Positions 60,583 to 64,000 of a stretch of DNA of 64,000 nucleotides are shown in pieces; within the stretch, counting starts at the first letter, position 1; every line of letters starts with the position of its first letter. The notes beneath the pieces were generated by a model, which did not search any database, was not told where the DNA came from, and saw nothing but the letters and a program-made list of their open reading frames with translations. The stretch is from assembly GCA_965205505.1 (NCBI GenBank), contig CBDBHB010000009.1:2912001-2976000 (forward strand), written 5' to 3'. The DNA comes from Acidobacteriota bacterium (GTDB lineage: Bacteria > Acidobacteriota > UBA890 > WLXD01). The position numbers were made by a program, and so were the translations under genes.

Positions 60583-61152
60583 TCACAGCTGATTGGCGGC
60601 TCTTGCCTGGGCCGCCGCATTGCCGCCTCGAACTGAGCCGGACTCTGGTCTCCGATCGATCACGCTCACCGACCAGCCGATGATCCGTCGCGAGCACAGA
60701 TCTATCAGCACGGCCAGGTAAAGCCACCCCACCTGGGTCCACAGGTAGGTCATGTCGCCCAGCCAGACGGTATCGACGACGTCCACCGTGAAGCGTCGAT
60801 CCAACAGGTTAGGCGCCGCCGGCCGCCCAGGCGTGGATCGTGTGGTTACTCGGAACCGACGAGGTTGGCGGGCTCGAAGTCCTTCCTGACCCATCAGCCG
60901 AGCTACCCGCTTGCGAGAGCAGCGGATCCCTCGTTGCCGAAGTTGCTTGTGGATGCGCGGACTTCCGTAACGGTCGCGGCTCTCTCGGAATGCAGCTCTG
61001 ATCTGCACACGTAGACGGCGATCTTCTCGCGCTCTCGGGCTCGGCCCCCTTCCTCGCCACTCGTAGTAACCGCCGTGAGACACCTCGAGCATCTTGCACA
61101 ACCGCCGCACCGGGAACTTGCCGGACAGTTGCTTGATGATCGGGTACTTCAT
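60583..61152 (-). pseudogene. IS3 OrfB, truncated within the integrase core
   Basis: YGSPRI, KRVARLM, NLLDRRF, WLGDMTY, YLAVLIDLCSRRIIGW, then similarity is lost. Confidence 0.85.
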
Positions 61153-61442
61153 CGCGGGCGTTCCGAGAAGATCGCCAACGCTTTTTTTAGAATGTCGCGC
61201 TCCTGCCGTACTCGCCGCAGGTGCCGCCGTAGCTGTTGCCCGTCCAGGTCCTGGTCGGGCATCTTCCCCGCGCCCGGAAACGCCGTGACCCCCTGCTCCT
61301 GGAGCTGTTTGCGCCACTTGGTCAACATGCCGCGGCCAACACCCAGATCCCGGGCCACCTCAGACACCGGATGGCCCAGCTGCGTCACCATCCTCACTGC
61401 CTCAATCTTGAACTCGCGACTGTACCGCCGTCGTGACCCCAT
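61149..61442 (-). CDS. IS3 OrfA
   Basis: RRRYSREFKIEAV..VARDLGV..ERDILKKA. Confidence 0.9.
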   Translation of the reverse strand: MGSRRRYSREFKIEAVRMVTQLGHPVSEVARDLGVGRGMLTKWRKQLQEQGVTAFPGAGKMPDQDLDGQQLRRHLRRVRQERDILKKALAIFSERPR

Positions 61443-61503
61443 GCTTCACCTCCGAGCCCATTATCGGGCTTCCAAAGGTGTCCGGGAAATCGGGGGAGGC
61501 CCA

Positions 61504-62358
61504 AGCTGGTTCGGGGGGTGTTCGAGATTCTGTTGGAACACCCCGAAGGTCTAGCGGCCAAAGACGTGCTGGCGCGCATGGCGAGGCAAGTGCCCCCGAC
61601 CGAGTTCGAGAACTCAACATACTCGAAGCACCCGACAGTCCGGAGATACGAGAAGATCATTAGGTTCGCCACCATCGGGCCGGTGAAAGCCGGTTGGCTC
61701 GTCAAGGACCATGGCGAGTGGTCCCTGACCGAGGAAGGGCGTCGCGCACTTCGCGAGCACCCCGACCCTGAAGGGTTTACAGAGGAAGCAGGTCGGCTGT
61801 ATCGAAAATGGGCGCAGGACCGCCCCGACTTGCCAACTGAGGACGAGTCAGACGATACGGTTGTGGAATCTGCGTCGCTCGAAGAGGCCGAGGAGTCGGC
61901 TTGGTCGGACATTGAGAGCCATCTGGCTGAGATGGACCCGTACGACTTGCAGGACCTGGTCGCTGCGTTGTTGCGAGCGATGGGCTATCACGTGGCGTGG
62001 ATCGCTCCGCCCGGGCCGGATAAGGGCATCGACATAATTGCGCCACTCTGACCCACTCGGGATCGACGGACCCCGCATCAAGGTTCAAGTCAAACGCCTC
62101 ACTGCCCGCGTGACGGTGGACGGCATCCGCGCTTTTCTCGCCGTTCTAACACCTACAGACGTTGGGCTCTTTGTCAGCACCGGCGGGTTCACCAAGGATG
62201 CGCAGCTCGAGGCACGGAGCCAGGAGACGCGTCGGATCATGCTGGTCGACCTGCCCCGGCTCTTCGACCTGTGGGTCGAACACTATGGACAGGTGGCCGA
62301 ACAGCAGCGGCTGCTGCTTCCGCTGCGGCCCGTCTACTTCCTGGAGCCGGCGGATTGA
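61504..62358 (+). pseudogene. Mrr-family type IV restriction endonuclease, 5' end cut by IS3 and frameshifted near 62042
   Basis: Mrr_N-like region; ALLRAMGY..GPDKGIDIIA then HSDPLG..IKVQVKR..FVSTGGFT in the next frame. Confidence 0.85.
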
Positions 62359-62877
62359 GCCAGATAACGGAAGTTTGGAAGGCGAGGTCTTCGAGTGGTC
62401 CTAAACGAGCGAATGTGGCGCTCACGCTCGACGACCGCGCCCCGAGCTCGTGACCGTCGACCCCAGCACCGAGCCCGACCCCAACACCGAGCCCACGCCC
62501 CCCGCGGGCCAGCCGGGGTTCCCGCCGAGATCCAGTATCCGCACCCCAGGGATTTTTGAACACGGCTCACCGCTGGGTAGGGACACAACGCTGCCGCGAT
62601 CAGGGGGGCGGCGGATCTGCCGCCCCCGCCGGGTGGTTCGAGGCGCCCGCCCCGATGGCCACCGGCATGGCGCGGATCACTTCGCCTGAGCCCTTCACCT
62701 AGCGGCCCCCGTGAGAGGCGGTCCCTTCACGCTGCACGTGCCGGGCAGTCGTGGTGGAGCCAGATCTATACTCCGTGCTTCAGGTCCCTTGCTGCGCCGC
62801 AGTCGCTCCCGTCACGGTTCCATCCCTGCGGGAGGGACGCATTGAAAGGGATCCCGGGAATGGGAGGAGGCGAGCGT

Positions 62878-63564
62878 ATGACAGCGCAACGAGAAATACG
62901 CAGATGGATCCGCACGGCGACCACTGTGATCGTGGCGGTCCTCCTCGGTGTCACTGGCCTCCTGGCACAGGAAGATCTCGACGCGCACCGGCGGAGAGCC
63001 GAGCAGGGTGACGCCGAGGCACAGCTCTACCTCGGGCGCATGTACTCCAGGGGCGAACGAGTTCCCCGGGACGACACCGAAGCGATGCGTTGGTACCGCA
63101 TGGCCGCCAGCCAAGGTGACGCAGACGCGCAATACGCCGTTGGGATCAGTTACGTCCTCGGGCATGGCGTACTGCAGGACGACGCCGAGGCTGTGCGTTG
63201 GCTAAGCCTAGCCGCCGAACAAGGTAACCCCGATGGGCAAAACGTTCTCGGAGTCATGTATTCCAGCGGGCGCGGCGTGATTGAGGACGACACCGAGGCC
63301 GTCCGTTGGCATCGCTTGGCCGCTAGCCAAGGCAACGCCGATGCGCAGTTCAACGTCGGGGTTAGTTACGCCAATGGTGCAGGTGTCCTCAAGGATGCCG
63401 TGCTCGCGCACATGTGGTTCAACATCGCCGGTGCCAATGGAAACGAAGACGCCAGAAAACGGCGGGACAACCTGGAGCGTGACATGAGCCGCGCCGAGAT
63501 CAGCCGTGCGACCGAACTGGCCCGGGCGTGCATGGACTCGGACTACCAGGTCTGCGAGCCGTAA
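62878..63564 (+). CDS. Exported Sel1-like repeat protein
   Basis: GGAGGAGG SD, signal peptide, 3-4 repeats A.QG.A.AQ..LG.MY..G.GV..D..EA.RW. Confidence 0.9.
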   Translation: MTAQREIRRWIRTATTVIVAVLLGVTGLLAQEDLDAHRRRAEQGDAEAQLYLGRMYSRGERVPRDDTEAMRWYRMAASQGDADAQYAVGISYVLGHGVLQDDAEAVRWLSLAAEQGNPDGQNVLGVMYSSGRGVIEDDTEAVRWHRLAASQGNADAQFNVGVSYANGAGVLKDAVLAHMWFNIAGANGNEDARKRRDNLERDMSRAEISRATELARACMDSDYQVCEP

Positions 63565-63614
63565 GCCGAACCGTTGCGGTGGGCAGCCTAGGTCGAAGAG
63601 GAAAGAAAACGTAG

Positions 63615-64000
63615 ATGAGTGAGGGCAAGACGCTCAGAGAAACCATCGAAGAGGTGTTGGAAGAAGCCTGCAACTACCTGGAGTTGTTTGATGGAGAGAG
63701 CGACAGGGGTGCCGCTGTTCTTGCCGTAGCACTATTCGACGACCGGCTACAAAAAACTATTGAGAAGCGGTTCGTCAACTATGACAATAAAGTACGGAAG
63801 GACGTATTCAGTCGTCCTGGCGCACCACTTAAGCCATTCGCGAACAAGATAGAGCTAGCTTATGTTCTTGGACTCTATGGCCGTAAGATTCGGGATGGTC
63901 TACATGCCGTCCGAGAAATCCGTAACGAATTTGCACACTCGCCCGAACCGATGGGATTCGACCACGAAAAGGTGGTGGCTAGGTGTCGGAAACTCGATGC
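63615..64000 (+). CDS. MtlR-like HEPN-domain protein (partial, runs off the window)
   Basis: Hand-translated ..GESDRGAAVL..GAPLKPFANKIELAYVLGL..IRNEFAH; absent from the ORF track. Confidence 0.75.
   Translation, partial: MSEGKTLRETIEEVLEEACNYLELFDGESDRGAAVLAVALFDDRLQKTIEKRFVNYDNKVRKDVFSRPGAPLKPFANKIELAYVLGLYGRKIRDGLHAVREIRNEFAHSPEPMGFDHEKVVARCRKLD

Larger units (their letters stand above)
60441..61503 (-). mobile_element. IS3-family element, internally deleted (1063 bp)
   Basis: TG...CA ends, IRs 60441-60466 and 61478-61503 (20/26), A7G slippery site at 61181-61188, no TSD. Confidence 0.85.

Noticed and set aside
60431-61508. CCAAGCTG on both sides of the IS3 as a target duplication
   Set aside because: The right copy overlaps the terminal IR and the left copy does not abut it, so it is not a valid TSD
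62458-62493. 18-bp tandem repeat CGACCCCA(G/A)CACCGAGCC x2 as a CRISPR remnant
   Set aside because: Only two adjacent units, no spacers and no cas genes. No CRISPR array was seen anywhere in the window

Overview
GC-rich bacterial chromosome segment. Gene content and order suggest Acidobacteriota, but this is an inference. Positions 1-44.5 kb are housekeeping genes, almost all on the minus strand: ruvX, a LexA-like regulator, sugar-nucleotide genes, the lpx/fabZ/bamA/clpC/lol cluster, lysS, the fab/plsX/rpmF cluster, trxA, two acyl-CoA dehydrogenases, HU/IHF-rpsA-cmk-rluB-scpBA, uvrBC, coaD, rsmD, recG and smc. Four ~270-bp MITE-like elements lie in this part, one nested inside another. After tRNA-Thr(CGT) at 44518-44589 an accessory/defence island runs to the window edge. 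It holds a frameshifted AbiJ-like HEPN gene, a DUF2946-like RGPP leader peptide ahead of a His-rich TonB-dependent receptor, a truncated LysR, a complete 3534-bp IS1595-family element (22-bp IRs, 8-bp TSD), a tyrosine-recombinase relic, a 1653-aa nuclease-STAND (Avs-like) protein, a deleted IS3, a broken Mrr, a Sel1-repeat protein and a partial MtlR/HEPN gene. The strongest novelty candidate is the IS1595 cargo: a putative toxin plus XRE-ImmA/IrrE pair followed by a tRNA with a Leu-type body and an Ala (UGC) anticodon. Also notable is a LexA with all three autocleavage hallmarks substituted. All family calls come from motif recognition by eye; no searches were run.
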